Assembly: GCA_018656065.1 (NCBI GenBank)
Contig: JABHZY010000025.1
Span: 1-47,868, forward strand
Direction of reading: 5' to 3'
From: Candidatus Komeilibacteria bacterium
Lineage (GTDB): Bacteria; Patescibacteriota; Patescibacteriia; UBA1558; GWA2-36-10
Length of the DNA: 47,868 bases
The position numbers were made by a program, and so were the translations under genes. Shown here one piece after another: positions 1-8,991 of this stretch. The notes beneath the pieces were generated by a model. It was not told where the DNA came from. It saw only the letters and a list, made by a program, of their open reading frames with translations, and searched no databases. Numbering within the stretch: the first letter of the stretch is position 1; each line of letters opens with the position of its first letter.

Positions 1-150
1 AAGCCAAAGTATTCAACTAGAAGTACTAATCGTTGTTGGAGATGTGGTAGAAGTCGCGCTTATATGAGAAAGTTTGATCTTTGCCGTATTTGTTTTAGGG
101 AATTAGCCGATAAAGGTGAGATTCCAGGAATTAAAAAATCTAGTTGGTAA
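1..150 (+). CDS. rpsN: 30S ribosomal protein S14 type Z, C-terminal part (5' end lies outside the window)
   Basis: Frame 1 reads [49 protein letters not shown] with a CxxC...CxxC zinc knuckle. It sits directly upstream of rpsH, as in spc operons. Confidence 0.85.
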   Translation, partial: KPKYSTRSTNRCWRCGRSRAYMRKFDLCRICFRELADKGEIPGIKKSSW

Positions 151-170
151 TTAAATTAAATTAAAATATC

Positions 171-560
171 ATGACAGATCCTATTGCAGACATGCTAACA
201 AGAATTAGGAATGCCGTGGCCGTTAAAAAGCCAGAGGTGGTTTTGCCTTTTTCAAAATTAAAGTTCAATGTAGCTAAGATTTTGGAAGTAGAAAATTATG
301 TAGGCAAAGTAGAAAAAATAACAAATGGTAAATTTGATGAACTTAAGATTGAATTGAAATATACTGACAAAGGACCAATCATTCGTCATATCAAGAGAAT
401 TTCTACACCTGGTCAAAGAATTTATGTAGGCGGTAGTGAATTACCTTACGTATTGAATGGTTATGGTACAGCTATTGTTTCTACTTCTAAAGGTATTATG
501 ACAAACAAAGAAGCTAAGCGTCAGAATATAGGTGGAGAATTAATGTGTGAAATTTGGTAA
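171..560 (+). CDS. rpsH: 30S ribosomal protein S8
   Basis: 129-aa ORF with the S8 N-terminus MTDPIADMLTRIRNA and the C-terminal GGELMCEIW. Operon position follows S14. Confidence 0.95.
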   Translation: MTDPIADMLTRIRNAVAVKKPEVVLPFSKLKFNVAKILEVENYVGKVEKITNGKFDELKIELKYTDKGPIIRHIKRISTPGQRIYVGGSELPYVLNGYGTAIVSTSKGIMTNKEAKRQNIGGELMCEIW

Positions 561-569
561 TATAAAATT

Positions 570-1124
570 ATGTCAAGAGTTGGAAAAAAACCAATAGATA
601 TACCCCAAGGTGTTGAAGTAAAAATCATCACTGAAGACGTAGGTATTAAAGTAAACGTCAAAGGCCCAAAAGGATCTTTGGAAATTGTTTTACCCCAAGG
701 TGTAGCTATTGAAGAAAAAGATAATCAAATTATTTTTACAGTAACTAACCCAGAAGCTGGATCAGATAAGGCTTTGTGGGGACTTACTAGATCATTAGTT
801 AATAATCTAGTAGTAGGCGTCACCGAAGGATTTCTAAAAGAATTAGAAATAAATGGCGTTGGTTTTAAAGTAGCCCTACAAGGTAAAAAATTAGTACTTA
901 ATGTTGGTTTTTCTCATCAGGTAGAATATGATTTACCAGAAGGTATTGTTGCTGAAGTAGAAAAAAATAATATTAAAATTTCAGGTATTGATAAACAATT
1001 AGTTGGACAGGTTGCTGCTGAAATTAGAGCTATCAAAAAACCAGAGCCATATAAGGGCAAAGGCATTAAGTATATTGATGAACAAATTCGTAGAAAAGCT
1101 GGTAAAGTTGTTAAAGCAGCTTAA
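570..1124 (+). CDS. rplF: 50S ribosomal protein L6
   Basis: 184 aa with the L6-type start MSRVGKKPIDIPQGVEV and a PEPYKGKGIKY motif. Operon order fits. Confidence 0.95.
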   Translation: MSRVGKKPIDIPQGVEVKIITEDVGIKVNVKGPKGSLEIVLPQGVAIEEKDNQIIFTVTNPEAGSDKALWGLTRSLVNNLVVGVTEGFLKELEINGVGFKVALQGKKLVLNVGFSHQVEYDLPEGIVAEVEKNNIKISGIDKQLVGQVAAEIRAIKKPEPYKGKGIKYIDEQIRRKAGKVVKAA

Positions 1125-1146
1125 TGGCCTATTAATATAAAATATT

Positions 1147-1503
1147 ATGAAGGATAAAAATAAAGTAAAAAGAAACAATTTTTTTAGAAGACAACGTAGA
1201 GCTAGAGCTAAAATTGTTGGCACAAGTGCTAGACCTCGCGTTTCTGTTTTCAGAAGTTTGATGCATATAAATGTTCAAGCTATTGATGATATTGCTAAAA
1301 AAACTTTTCTAACTGCTACTGATCAAACTATTAAAGCTAAAGGTAATAAGACTGAAATTGCAGCTTTAGTGGGTGAAGCTTTTGGTAAAAAGTTGAAAGA
1401 GAAAAAGATTGAATCAATTATTTTTGACAAAGGTGCTTATAAATATCATGGTAGAGTAAAAGCTCTGGCCGATGGAATTAGAAAAGCAGGTATAAAATTT
1501 TAA
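1147..1503 (+). CDS. rplR: 50S ribosomal protein L18
   Basis: 118 aa with RPRVSVFRS and the C-terminal YHGRVKALADGIRKAGIKF typical of L18. Operon order fits. Confidence 0.9.
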   Translation: MKDKNKVKRNNFFRRQRRARAKIVGTSARPRVSVFRSLMHINVQAIDDIAKKTFLTATDQTIKAKGNKTEIAALVGEAFGKKLKEKKIESIIFDKGAYKYHGRVKALADGIRKAGIKF

Positions 1504-1506
1504 TAT

Positions 1507-2280
1507 ATGGAAGATAAAAAGACAACAGAAGTTAAAGACACTAAACCAGCTGTAGCCCCTCAGGGAGCTACTGGCCCTAAAAAGTTTCCTCCAAGGAAAC
1601 CGGGTGGTTTTAAGAAACCGGGTGGTTTTAGAAAACCAGGCGGCAGAAGAAGAATGCCAGAAAAACCAAAGGATGATTTTGATCAAAAAGTGTTGGATCT
1701 AGCTCGGGTTACTCGTGTAATGGCTGGTGGTAAAAGAATGAAATTTAGAGCCACTATGGTTATCGGCGATAAAAAAGGTAAAGTCGGCATTGGCGTTGCT
1801 AAAGGTGCTGATGTAGCCGCAGCTATTCAAAAAGCTGTTGCTAAAGCTAGAAAAGCTATTATTGAAGTACCTATTATTGAAGGCACTGTACCTCATGAAG
1901 TGCGTATTAATGATCATTCAGCTAAAATTATGATGCGCCCAGCTCGTAAAGGTTCCGGTATTAAAGCAGGTGGTGTAATGCGTATTGTATTAGAATTAGC
2001 TGGTATTAAAGATGTGGTAGCTAAAATTTTAGGAACTAATAATAAAGTTAATAATGCTAAAGCTACTATTAAAGCTTTAAATTCTTTTGTGCCTCAAGCT
2101 GTGGCTGCTGCTAAAGCATCCAAGCCAAAAGTAGCACCAAAAGCAGTAACACCAAAATTTGTTAAAAAATTTATTCCAAAGCCACAACAAGCTCCTAAGA
2201 AAGAAGCTCTAAAGGCGAAAGAAGTAAAAAAAGAAGATAAAGCCAAAGGTCCCGAGGGGACTCGAGGGGAAAGTAAATAA
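1507..2280 (+). CDS. rpsE: 30S ribosomal protein S5 with basic N-terminal and Lys/Ala/Pro-rich C-terminal extensions
   Basis: The S5 core VTRVMAGGKRMKFRATMVIGDKKGKVGIGVAKG...GSGIKAGGVMRIVLELAGIKDV is flanked by extensions. The N-terminal tail is about 55 aa and contains KPGGFKKPGGFRKPGGRRR. The C-terminal tail is about 60 aa and contains AAAKASKPKVAPKAVTPKFVKK. Confidence 0.9.
   Translation: MEDKKTTEVKDTKPAVAPQGATGPKKFPPRKPGGFKKPGGFRKPGGRRRMPEKPKDDFDQKVLDLARVTRVMAGGKRMKFRATMVIGDKKGKVGIGVAKGADVAAAIQKAVAKARKAIIEVPIIEGTVPHEVRINDHSAKIMMRPARKGSGIKAGGVMRIVLELAGIKDVVAKILGTNNKVNNAKATIKALNSFVPQAVAAAKASKPKVAPKAVTPKFVKKFIPKPQQAPKKEALKAKEVKKEDKAKGPEGTRGESK
1597..1650 (+). repeat. Three imperfect tandem 18-nt copies inside rpsE encoding KPGGF(K/R)
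   Basis: The copies are aaaccgggtggttttaag / aaaccgggtggttttaga / aaaccaggcggcagaaga, read directly and in frame with rpsE. Confidence 0.9.
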
Positions 2281-2282
2281 AT

Positions 2283-2852
2283 ATGTTAAGTCTACATAAT
2301 TTAAAAAAAGGAAAAGGCACTGAGAAAAAAAGCAAGCGACTAGGGCGTGGTAATGCTACTGGGAGTGGTAACTATTCTACTCGTGGTATGAAAGGACAAC
2401 GTTCTCGTTCTGGTGGTAAATCAGGTTTAGCCCTTAGAAGTATTAAAAGTTATCTTTTAAGAATTCCTAAAGTTAGAGGTTTTAAATCTCCAAACAAATC
2501 AAAATCTACTGTAAACGTAGGTGCTTTAGAACAAAAATTTTCTAATGGCGAAACTATTAATGCTAGAGCTATGCTTAAAGCTGGCCTTATTGATACTATT
2601 AGTAATGGTGTAAAGATTTTATCAGAAGGAAAGATTACAAAAAATCTTATTGTAGAAGCTAATGATTTTTCTGCTAGCGCTAAAGAAAAGATTGAAGCAG
2701 CTGGCGGTAAAGCAGTGGTAGTTGTTGTTAAAAAACAAGCACTTAAAAAATCAGCTGAAAGTGCTGACCAAAGCGGAAGTGCTAAAGAAGAAGTTGTAGA
2801 AAATACAGAAGTGGAGACAGCTGAAGCAAAACAAGAGAAAGAAACTAAATAA
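2283..2852 (+). CDS. rplO: 50S ribosomal protein L15 with an acidic C-terminal tail
   Basis: L15 N-terminus LHNLKKGKGTEKKSKRLGRGNATGSGNYSTRGMKGQRSRSGG. It starts 2 nt after the rpsE stop, so no L30 gene lies between them. The tail reads KEEVVENTEVETAEAKQEKETK. Confidence 0.9.
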   Translation: MLSLHNLKKGKGTEKKSKRLGRGNATGSGNYSTRGMKGQRSRSGGKSGLALRSIKSYLLRIPKVRGFKSPNKSKSTVNVGALEQKFSNGETINARAMLKAGLIDTISNGVKILSEGKITKNLIVEANDFSASAKEKIEAAGGKAVVVVVKKQALKKSAESADQSGSAKEEVVENTEVETAEAKQEKETK

Positions 2853-2869
2853 ACTACTAAAAAATATTT

Positions 2870-4147
2870 ATGCTAGCCAAATTACAACAAATTTTTAAGG
2901 CTAAGGACATCAGGAACAATATTTTATTTGTTCTAGCTCTTTTGATTGTATTTAGAATAGCAGCCCATATTCCTGTCCCAGGAATTAATGTTATGGATTT
3001 ACGTGAAGTTTTTGCTGGTAATGAAGCTTTGGGTATGTTGAATATGTTTTCTGGTGGAGCAATGCAAAACTTTTCTATTGTAATGCTTGGTGTTGGTCCT
3101 TATATTACAGCGTCTATTATTTTCCAATTATTGGTCATGATAGTGCCAAAATTAGAAGCATTATCCAAAGAAGGTGATTATGGACGACAAAAAATAAATC
3201 AATATACTAGATTACTTACTATACCTTTAGCTCTTATTCAAGGTTATAGTTTTATTAGACTTTTATCTAGTCAGACAAATGGTAGATTAATGGCTGACAT
3301 GACTAGTATGCAACTTGTGACAACTTTAGTAATTATAACAGCTGGTACAATATTTTTAATGTGGCTTGGTGAGCTTATTACAGAAAAGCATATTGGAAAT
3401 GGCGTATCACTACTTATCTTTGCTGGTATTGTAAGTGGCTTACCACAATCTTTAAGAAATACTTTGATAGCAGTTGATAATACAATGGTTTTAAATTTAT
3501 TAATATTTGCTATCATTGCTCTTATAACTATTGCCGCTATTGTACTTATTACAGAAGGAACGAGAAATATACCAGTTTCATATGCTAGGCATGTAGTTGG
3601 TCAAAAGAATGTTGGTGGCGTAAAAACTCATTTGCCACTTCGTGTGAATCAGGCAGGTGTTATTCCAATCATTTTTGCTATTTCAATAATTATATTTCCA
3701 CCTATGGTAGCTCAATTTTTTGTTAAATCTAGCGTTGATTGGGTAGCAAATTTTTCTCAATGGACAATAGATATTTTTGCTAATCAAACTTTTTATGCAG
3801 TGTTCTATTTTCTAATGGTTGTATTTTTTGCATTCTTTTATACTTCAGTTATTTTTAAACCAACTGAGATTGCTGAGAATTTACAAAAACAAGGTGGTTT
3901 TATTCCGGGTATTAGACCAGGCAGACATACTTCTGACTATCTAAACTATACTATGAATCGTATTGTTTTAGCTGGTGCTGTATTTCTAGGTTTAGTAGCT
4001 ATCTTACCATTGGTAGTAGGCCCTATTACTGGAGTGGCCACTATTAGTTTAGGTGGTACAAGTTTATTGATTACAGTAGCCGTAGTTATTGAAACTGTGA
4101 AACAGATCGATGCTCAATTAGTAATGAGAGATTACGAAGGTTTCTAA
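2870..4147 (+). CDS. secY: Preprotein translocase subunit SecY
   Basis: 425 aa and polytopic, with LGVGPYITASIIFQLL, GNGVSLLIFAGI and the C-terminal QLVMRDYEGF. It follows rplO as in spc operons. Confidence 0.95.
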   Translation: MLAKLQQIFKAKDIRNNILFVLALLIVFRIAAHIPVPGINVMDLREVFAGNEALGMLNMFSGGAMQNFSIVMLGVGPYITASIIFQLLVMIVPKLEALSKEGDYGRQKINQYTRLLTIPLALIQGYSFIRLLSSQTNGRLMADMTSMQLVTTLVIITAGTIFLMWLGELITEKHIGNGVSLLIFAGIVSGLPQSLRNTLIAVDNTMVLNLLIFAIIALITIAAIVLITEGTRNIPVSYARHVVGQKNVGGVKTHLPLRVNQAGVIPIIFAISIIIFPPMVAQFFVKSSVDWVANFSQWTIDIFANQTFYAVFYFLMVVFFAFFYTSVIFKPTEIAENLQKQGGFIPGIRPGRHTSDYLNYTMNRIVLAGAVFLGLVAILPLVVGPITGVATISLGGTSLLITVAVVIETVKQIDAQLVMRDYEGF

Positions 4148-4165
4148 ATTTTATTAATATTTTTT

Positions 4166-4208
4166 AAAACCTCTGCCAGATTATTTTTTGGGAGAGGTTT
4201 TGATTTTA
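4166..4208 (+). terminator. Rho-independent terminator after secY
   Basis: The stem aaaacctct (4166-4174) pairs with agaggtttt (4193-4201) and is followed by a T-rich tract. Confidence 0.6.
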
Positions 4209-4228
4209 AATAGCTAATTTGGTATAAT
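4200..4228 (+). promoter_or_regulatory. Sigma-70-type promoter for adk-map (TTGATT-N17-TATAAT with TGn extension)
   Basis: TTGATT at 4200-4205, a 17-nt spacer, then TGGTATAAT at 4220-4228. The same TTGATT-N17-TATAAT architecture recurs at 23287 and 27972. Confidence 0.55.
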
Positions 4229-4264
4229 TTGATTGATTATATCAATAAATATATGTTAGAAAAA

Positions 4265-4903
4265 ATGAAGAAAGTAGTGTTATTAGGTCCTCAAGCATCT
4301 GGGAAAAGTACCCAGGCTAAGGTGATCACTGATTTTTTAAATATTCCGCTAATAGCCGCTAGTCAGGCTCTTCGTAAGGTAGTAGCTAAAGATTCTAGTT
4401 TAGGTAGGAAAATTAAAGAAAAAATGGATCAAGGGCTATTAGTGCCAGATAATCAAATGATTACTTTGATTTTAGGAGAACTTGGTAGAGATCATTGTAG
4501 GAATGGATTTTTACTCGATGGCTTTCCTAGAAACCTTAATCAGGGCCAGGCTCTAGAAAGTAGTTGCGGAGTAGAAAAAGTATTTAACATTGAGATTTCT
4601 GATCAAGAAGCTATGAGACGTATATTAGGGCGTCGTATGTGTAAAAATGGACATGTATTTCATTTGGAATATAAGCCTTCTGAGAAAGGAGATGTTTGTG
4701 ATATTTGTGCGGAAGAGTTATATCAAAGAGATGATGATAAAGAAGAGGTAGTAAAAAAACGATTAGCCATCTATAGAGATGAAACATCCAAATTATTAGA
4801 TTATTATAAAAAGAAAGATAAGTTGGTAGTTTTTGATGGTCAAAAAGATATGGCTGATGTTTCAGAAGATATATTAAATTATTTAAAATCACATGTTGGA
4901 TAA
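4265..4903 (+). CDS. adk: Adenylate kinase with a zinc-binding lid
   Basis: P-loop VVLLGPQASGKSTQA, LLDGFPRN, and lid CKNGHVFH...CDIC. ATG 4265 is preferred over the TTG at 4229 in the ORF track because the promoter -10 ends at 4228. Confidence 0.85.
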   Translation: MKKVVLLGPQASGKSTQAKVITDFLNIPLIAASQALRKVVAKDSSLGRKIKEKMDQGLLVPDNQMITLILGELGRDHCRNGFLLDGFPRNLNQGQALESSCGVEKVFNIEISDQEAMRRILGRRMCKNGHVFHLEYKPSEKGDVCDICAEELYQRDDDKEEVVKKRLAIYRDETSKLLDYYKKKDKLVVFDGQKDMADVSEDILNYLKSHVG

Positions 4904-5639
4904 AAAAACTTCCGAAGAAATAAAGACTCTTAGAGAAGGAGGTAAAATATTAGGGAAAATACTTCGTCAAATAGCTGAAGATGTTAAAGTTGGTAATACT
5001 GGCAAACAACTTACTGCTAAAGCTGAAGAGTTGATTAAAAAAGCTGGCGGTACGCCCTCTTTTAAAAATTATCATGGTTTCCCAGATGCTTTATGCGTGT
5101 CTATAAATGATGCCGTAGTACATGGCATACCTACAGATAAGCCTTTTAAAGAAGGTGATTTGGTTGGTATTGATTTAGGTATGAAATATAAAGGTTTGTA
5201 TACTGACACAGCTATGACAGTGCCAATAGGTGAAATTAGTGCAGAAGCTAAAGAATTATTAGATGTCACTAAGAAATCACTTAATATTGCTATTAAACAG
5301 CTTAAAGTTGGCGGGTATATATCAGATATTGGTAAAGCAATAGAAGAACTTGTTAAGCCTTATAAATATGGAATAGTTAGAGATTTGGCTGGTCATGGAG
5401 TTGGCCGTCAAGTTCACGAAGATCCTAGTGTGCCAAATTATTATCCAGGTAAAAAGTCTGTAAAGATTTACGATGGCATGGTAATTGCTATAGAGCCCAT
5501 GCTTATTATGGGTGGAGATTGGAGAATAAAAATTAAGGATAATAAATGGGATGTTCTTTCTAAAGATGGTTCTTTGACTGCACATTTTGAACATTCTATT
5601 GCCATTACTAAAGATGGGCCTATTATTTTGACAGAATAA
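4893..5639 (+). CDS. map: Methionine aminopeptidase type I
   Basis: 248 aa with MetAP metal-ligand contexts DLVGIDLG, HGVGRQVHE, IAIEPM and HFEHSI. It overlaps the adk stop by 11 nt. Confidence 0.9.
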   Translation: MLDKKTSEEIKTLREGGKILGKILRQIAEDVKVGNTGKQLTAKAEELIKKAGGTPSFKNYHGFPDALCVSINDAVVHGIPTDKPFKEGDLVGIDLGMKYKGLYTDTAMTVPIGEISAEAKELLDVTKKSLNIAIKQLKVGGYISDIGKAIEELVKPYKYGIVRDLAGHGVGRQVHEDPSVPNYYPGKKSVKIYDGMVIAIEPMLIMGGDWRIKIKDNKWDVLSKDGSLTAHFEHSIAITKDGPIILTE

Positions 5640-5641
5640 TT

Positions 5642-6025
5642 ATGAAAAATAAGTTTTTAGGAATTGATTATGGTGATAAAAGAGTTGGTTTATCTTTAGC
5701 AGAGGATAAAGGTCCAGCTTTACCTTTTAAGATTCTTCAAAATACTAAAAAGCTTATTCAAGATATTCAAGAAATAATTGACCAGGAGTATATTAGTGAA
5801 GTTGTAGTTGGCTTACCTCATAGTTTTTCCGGTCAAGAAAATGAAAGATTAATTATTACTAAAAATTTTATTAAAAAATTACAAGATAATTTAGAAATAA
5901 AGGTAGCTACAGTTGATGAGCAATTAACATCTAAGCTCTACGAAAAAATGGGTGTGACTAAAGATATAGATAAGCATTCAGCTACAGCTATTTTAGATAC
6001 TTATTTAAGCCAAAATGATTCCTAA
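5642..6025 (+). CDS. ruvX: YqgF/RuvX-family putative pre-16S rRNA nuclease / Holliday junction resolvase-like protein
   Basis: 127 aa with the N-terminus FLGIDYGDKRVGLSLAE typical of YqgF. Confidence 0.8.
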   Translation: MKNKFLGIDYGDKRVGLSLAEDKGPALPFKILQNTKKLIQDIQEIIDQEYISEVVVGLPHSFSGQENERLIITKNFIKKLQDNLEIKVATVDEQLTSKLYEKMGVTKDIDKHSATAILDTYLSQNDS

Positions 6026-7079
6026 TATTCAAAAATTTGTTTTAGTCTTTGCCCTAGCCTTTGTATTGGCTTGGGTATTTTCAAAAATAGTCATTTATCT
6101 AGCTCATAAATTTAATATTTTAGACCATCCTAGTAGTGATAGAAAAATACATAGGCAAGCTACCCCACTTCTTGGTGGTTTAGCTATCTATGTAGCTTTT
6201 TTAATTACAGTCTTAATTTTGTGGCAGGGAAATCTATTAGTAGACGGCAGGGTAGATATAAGCTTAATTGGCTGGTTTTTGCTAGGAGGCTTCATTTTAA
6301 TGCTTAATGGGTATTTAGACGATAAATACTCTTTAGCGCCTTATATCACCATTTTAGGGCCTATTTTGGCCTCTTTAGTGGTTATTTGGGGTGGTCTTAA
6401 GATCGCTTATATTACTAATCCGGACGGAGGAATACTCTATTTAGATAATATGTTTATTTGGGATTTTATCCCCATACTTATTACATTTTTATGGTTAATG
6501 GGCATTACTTACACTACAAAACTATTAGACGGCATCGATGGACTGACCTCTAGCATTGGATTAATTGCTAGTTTAGTAATTTTTGCAGTTAGCCTTCTTT
6601 GGGATGTTGATGGTTCTAGTACTTCTTTATTATCATTAGCTATGGCCGGAGCTATTTTAGGTTTTTTAATTTTTAATTGGCATCCCGCTAAAATATTTTT
6701 AGGAGAAGGGGGTAGTACTTTAATAGGATTTTCTTTGGGAGTTTTATCAATTATTTCTGGATCTAAAATCGCTACAGCTTTACTTGTAATGGGTTTGCCA
6801 GTCTTAGATATTTTCTGGGTAATTATTAGAAGAGCTAAACAAGGAAAAGCTTTTTGGAGCGGCGATCAAGAGCATCTTCATTTTAGAATGCTTCGTAGTG
6901 GATTTTCTCAAAAGCAAATTGTATTATTTCTTAGTCTGGTTTCATTGTCATTTGGAGTGGTATCAATATTTTTTACTACTAAAATAAAGATTACAGCTTT
7001 AATTATAGTTGTAGTGTTGATGATTATGCTTAGTACTTGGTTAAATTATAGGCTAAAAGAAAGTAATGAAGAAACATAA
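6015..7079 (+). CDS. Polyprenyl-phosphate N-acetylhexosamine-1-phosphate transferase, WecA/TagO-like (MraY superfamily)
   Basis: 354 aa and polytopic, with YLDDKYSL, TTKLLDGIDGLTS and GDQEHLHFRML. The last resembles the WecA-type D..H.HHRL rather than the MraY PIHHHFE motif. Confidence 0.6.
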   Translation: MIPNIQKFVLVFALAFVLAWVFSKIVIYLAHKFNILDHPSSDRKIHRQATPLLGGLAIYVAFLITVLILWQGNLLVDGRVDISLIGWFLLGGFILMLNGYLDDKYSLAPYITILGPILASLVVIWGGLKIAYITNPDGGILYLDNMFIWDFIPILITFLWLMGITYTTKLLDGIDGLTSSIGLIASLVIFAVSLLWDVDGSSTSLLSLAMAGAILGFLIFNWHPAKIFLGEGGSTLIGFSLGVLSIISGSKIATALLVMGLPVLDIFWVIIRRAKQGKAFWSGDQEHLHFRMLRSGFSQKQIVLFLSLVSLSFGVVSIFFTTKIKITALIIVVVLMIMLSTWLNYRLKESNEET

Positions 7080-7524
7080 ATTCAAAATAGTTTTATTTAT
7101 TGTAATAATAGCTTTAGTATATGCAGTTTATTATAATTTTTTTCGATATAACGAAGCAACTGTAACTATAAATGATTATGTATTTAAAACAGAAGTAGTC
7201 CAATCTGAGAAAGATGTAACGCGTGGTTTATCAGGTAGGGAGATTTTAGCTGATAATCAAGCAATGTTTTTTATCCTACCAGAAAAAAAGATTTATCGTT
7301 TTTGGATGAAGGATATGAAGTTTAATATTGATTTGTTATGGATAGATGATAATAAAATAGTTGGTTTTGAAAAAAATATGCAAGCTTTTGAAAATATAAC
7401 ATCAGCTAATGATTTACCAGCGTATAGCTCACCCCAAGCAGTTGATAGAGTATTAGAAATAAAAGCCGGACTAATAGATAGTTTAGATATAAAAATAGGT
7501 GATATAATTAATATAAGTATATGA
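7066..7524 (+). CDS. DUF192-family protein with an N-terminal membrane anchor
   Basis: 152 aa. QAMFFILPEKKIYRFWMKDMKFNIDLLWIDDNKIVG matches the DUF192 (COG1430) core pattern from memory. Confidence 0.55.
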   Translation: MKKHKFKIVLFIVIIALVYAVYYNFFRYNEATVTINDYVFKTEVVQSEKDVTRGLSGREILADNQAMFFILPEKKIYRFWMKDMKFNIDLLWIDDNKIVGFEKNMQAFENITSANDLPAYSSPQAVDRVLEIKAGLIDSLDIKIGDIINISI

Positions 7525-7838
7525 CAAAAGAACGTTGGCAAGAGATAAAAGCTAATATAAAACAGAATTTTGAGATAGAGGATGAATATGAGCAAGAGCT
7601 AGATCCTGGAATAGCTGAGCTTATAGAATTCACTGGACCAGAAGGTAGAATGTTAGTTAGTTTTTCTACCAAACCAAAATTATTAGACAAAAAGACTAGT
7701 TTTTCTAATAGAAGTGGGTCTGATGTTAAAGTGGAAAATGTTTATTCTGAAAGTGAGATGGTTTCTTATTTTGATGCTTATACCTGGTCAGAACCTAAAG
7801 ATGATTGGGTAAAACTAGACTCCGAGGCCATATTTTAG
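7521..7838 (+). CDS. Hypothetical acidic protein
   Basis: 105-aa ORF with an ATGA overlap to the upstream gene. No recognisable motif. Confidence 0.4.
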   Translation: MTKERWQEIKANIKQNFEIEDEYEQELDPGIAELIEFTGPEGRMLVSFSTKPKLLDKKTSFSNRSGSDVKVENVYSESEMVSYFDAYTWSEPKDDWVKLDSEAIF

Positions 7839-7852
7839 TTATAATATAAGTT

Positions 7853-8266
7853 ATGTATAAAACAAAAAACGTTTTAATTTTAGCTGTGGGATTTATGTTG
7901 GTAGGATTACTAACAGTATTTTTTACTCATGATACAAAACAAGAGCCTGTAACTTTTGTTTCTCAGGAAAATTATGTAGACCATGTTAGGCCGTGGGTAG
8001 AAGAGGTGTCTTTGAATCCGTCTTTAGTTAATATTAGAAAAATTAAGGAAGAGCTTCTAAATTTTAAAGGCTCTGATGAATCAATGGGCTCAGCTCATAT
8101 AGCTTTATTTATGGCCTTTGATGCTTGGGAGAAGTTTTTATTGACTGGTGATGATAATAAGAAAGTGCAATCTATTGAACATTTTTATTCAGTAGTTAGT
8201 TTTTTACCAGAGCTTGATTTAGAAATTAAAACTTTAGAAAATATTTTAAAACAGCAAAATGTTTAA
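7853..8266 (+). CDS. Hypothetical membrane-anchored protein
   Basis: 137 aa with one N-terminal hydrophobic segment, VLILAVGFMLVGLLTVFF. No recognisable motif. Confidence 0.45.
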   Translation: MYKTKNVLILAVGFMLVGLLTVFFTHDTKQEPVTFVSQENYVDHVRPWVEEVSLNPSLVNIRKIKEELLNFKGSDESMGSAHIALFMAFDAWEKFLLTGDDNKKVQSIEHFYSVVSFLPELDLEIKTLENILKQQNV

Positions 8267-8984
8267 ATATCTAGTAATATTTATTAGCCCATTGTTATTA
8301 TTATTTAGTTTTTTGTCTTTATTTTATAGCCAGCAAAGTATACATCATTGGTTAATTCTTATATCAGCTGTTGTTATTTTATTATCAGGACGTATTTTAG
8401 CTAGACATAGATTCTGGAAGTTTAAGATTTTGTGGTTTAATTTAATTTTAGTTTATATATCACAGTTATTATTTTTACTATTATTAATTTCACAAGAGAT
8501 TAGATATACCTTGTCATTTATTTTAGCTTTAGCTTGGATGTTAGTTTGGTGGTTGATGGCTAAATATTTTGCCAATATAGATAATATAGATGGTAGTAGC
8601 TATCTAGTAGTTAATAAGTTTTTTTATTATATGGGCTTTTGGTTTTTATCCACTAGTTTATATTCTTTAGTAATATTTTTACACTTTCCATTATTAATTG
8701 CTTATATAATTTTAATTTTTGCCGCATTTTTCTGGACATTTGACATTATTAAAAGCAGAGGAGAGCCAAATTGGATTTATTTAATATTTTCTTTGTTTTT
8801 ATTGAGTCAGATTTTGGTCGTAATCTATTTATTGCCAGTTAGTTTCTATGTTGCTGGCACTATTGCAACTTTATGGTTTTTCTTTATAATAGATAGTACA
8901 GCTAACAATCTAAAGTCGTTTAAAGGATACTTGAGCTTGTTTTTATTGATTGTTTTGCTATTATTAATAACCTCTATAATATAA
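8259..8984 (+). CDS. Hypothetical polytopic membrane protein
   Basis: 241 aa with about 7 hydrophobic segments. It overlaps the upstream gene by 8 nt. Confidence 0.5.
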   Translation: MFKYLVIFISPLLLLFSFLSLFYSQQSIHHWLILISAVVILLSGRILARHRFWKFKILWFNLILVYISQLLFLLLLISQEIRYTLSFILALAWMLVWWLMAKYFANIDNIDGSSYLVVNKFFYYMGFWFLSTSLYSLVIFLHFPLLIAYIILIFAAFFWTFDIIKSRGEPNWIYLIFSLFLLSQILVVIYLLPVSFYVAGTIATLWFFFIIDSTANNLKSFKGYLSLFLLIVLLLLITSII

Positions 8985-8991
8985 TAAAAAT

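Noticed and set aside
999-5594. Short minus-strand ORFs overlapping the ribosomal, secY, adk and map genes (999-1223, 1414-1686, 1699-1917, 3271-3516, 4611-4892, 5072-5269, 5322-5594). Similar ones lie further on (7293-7690, 11012-11194, 20552-20758, 21134-21367, 24470-24691, 24956-25138, 26458-26682, 31719-31982, 34956-35258, 46673-46891).
   Set aside because: All lie antisense within well-supported genes. They are 60-100 aa, hydrophobic or low-complexity as expected from AT-rich DNA, and have no recognisable motifs.
6015-7079. Annotation as MraY (peptidoglycan lipid I synthase).
   Set aside because: At 354 aa with EHLHFRML rather than the MraY PIHHHFE-type motif, and with no flanking mur/fts genes, it fits WecA/TagO better. 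MraY cannot be fully excluded without a profile search.
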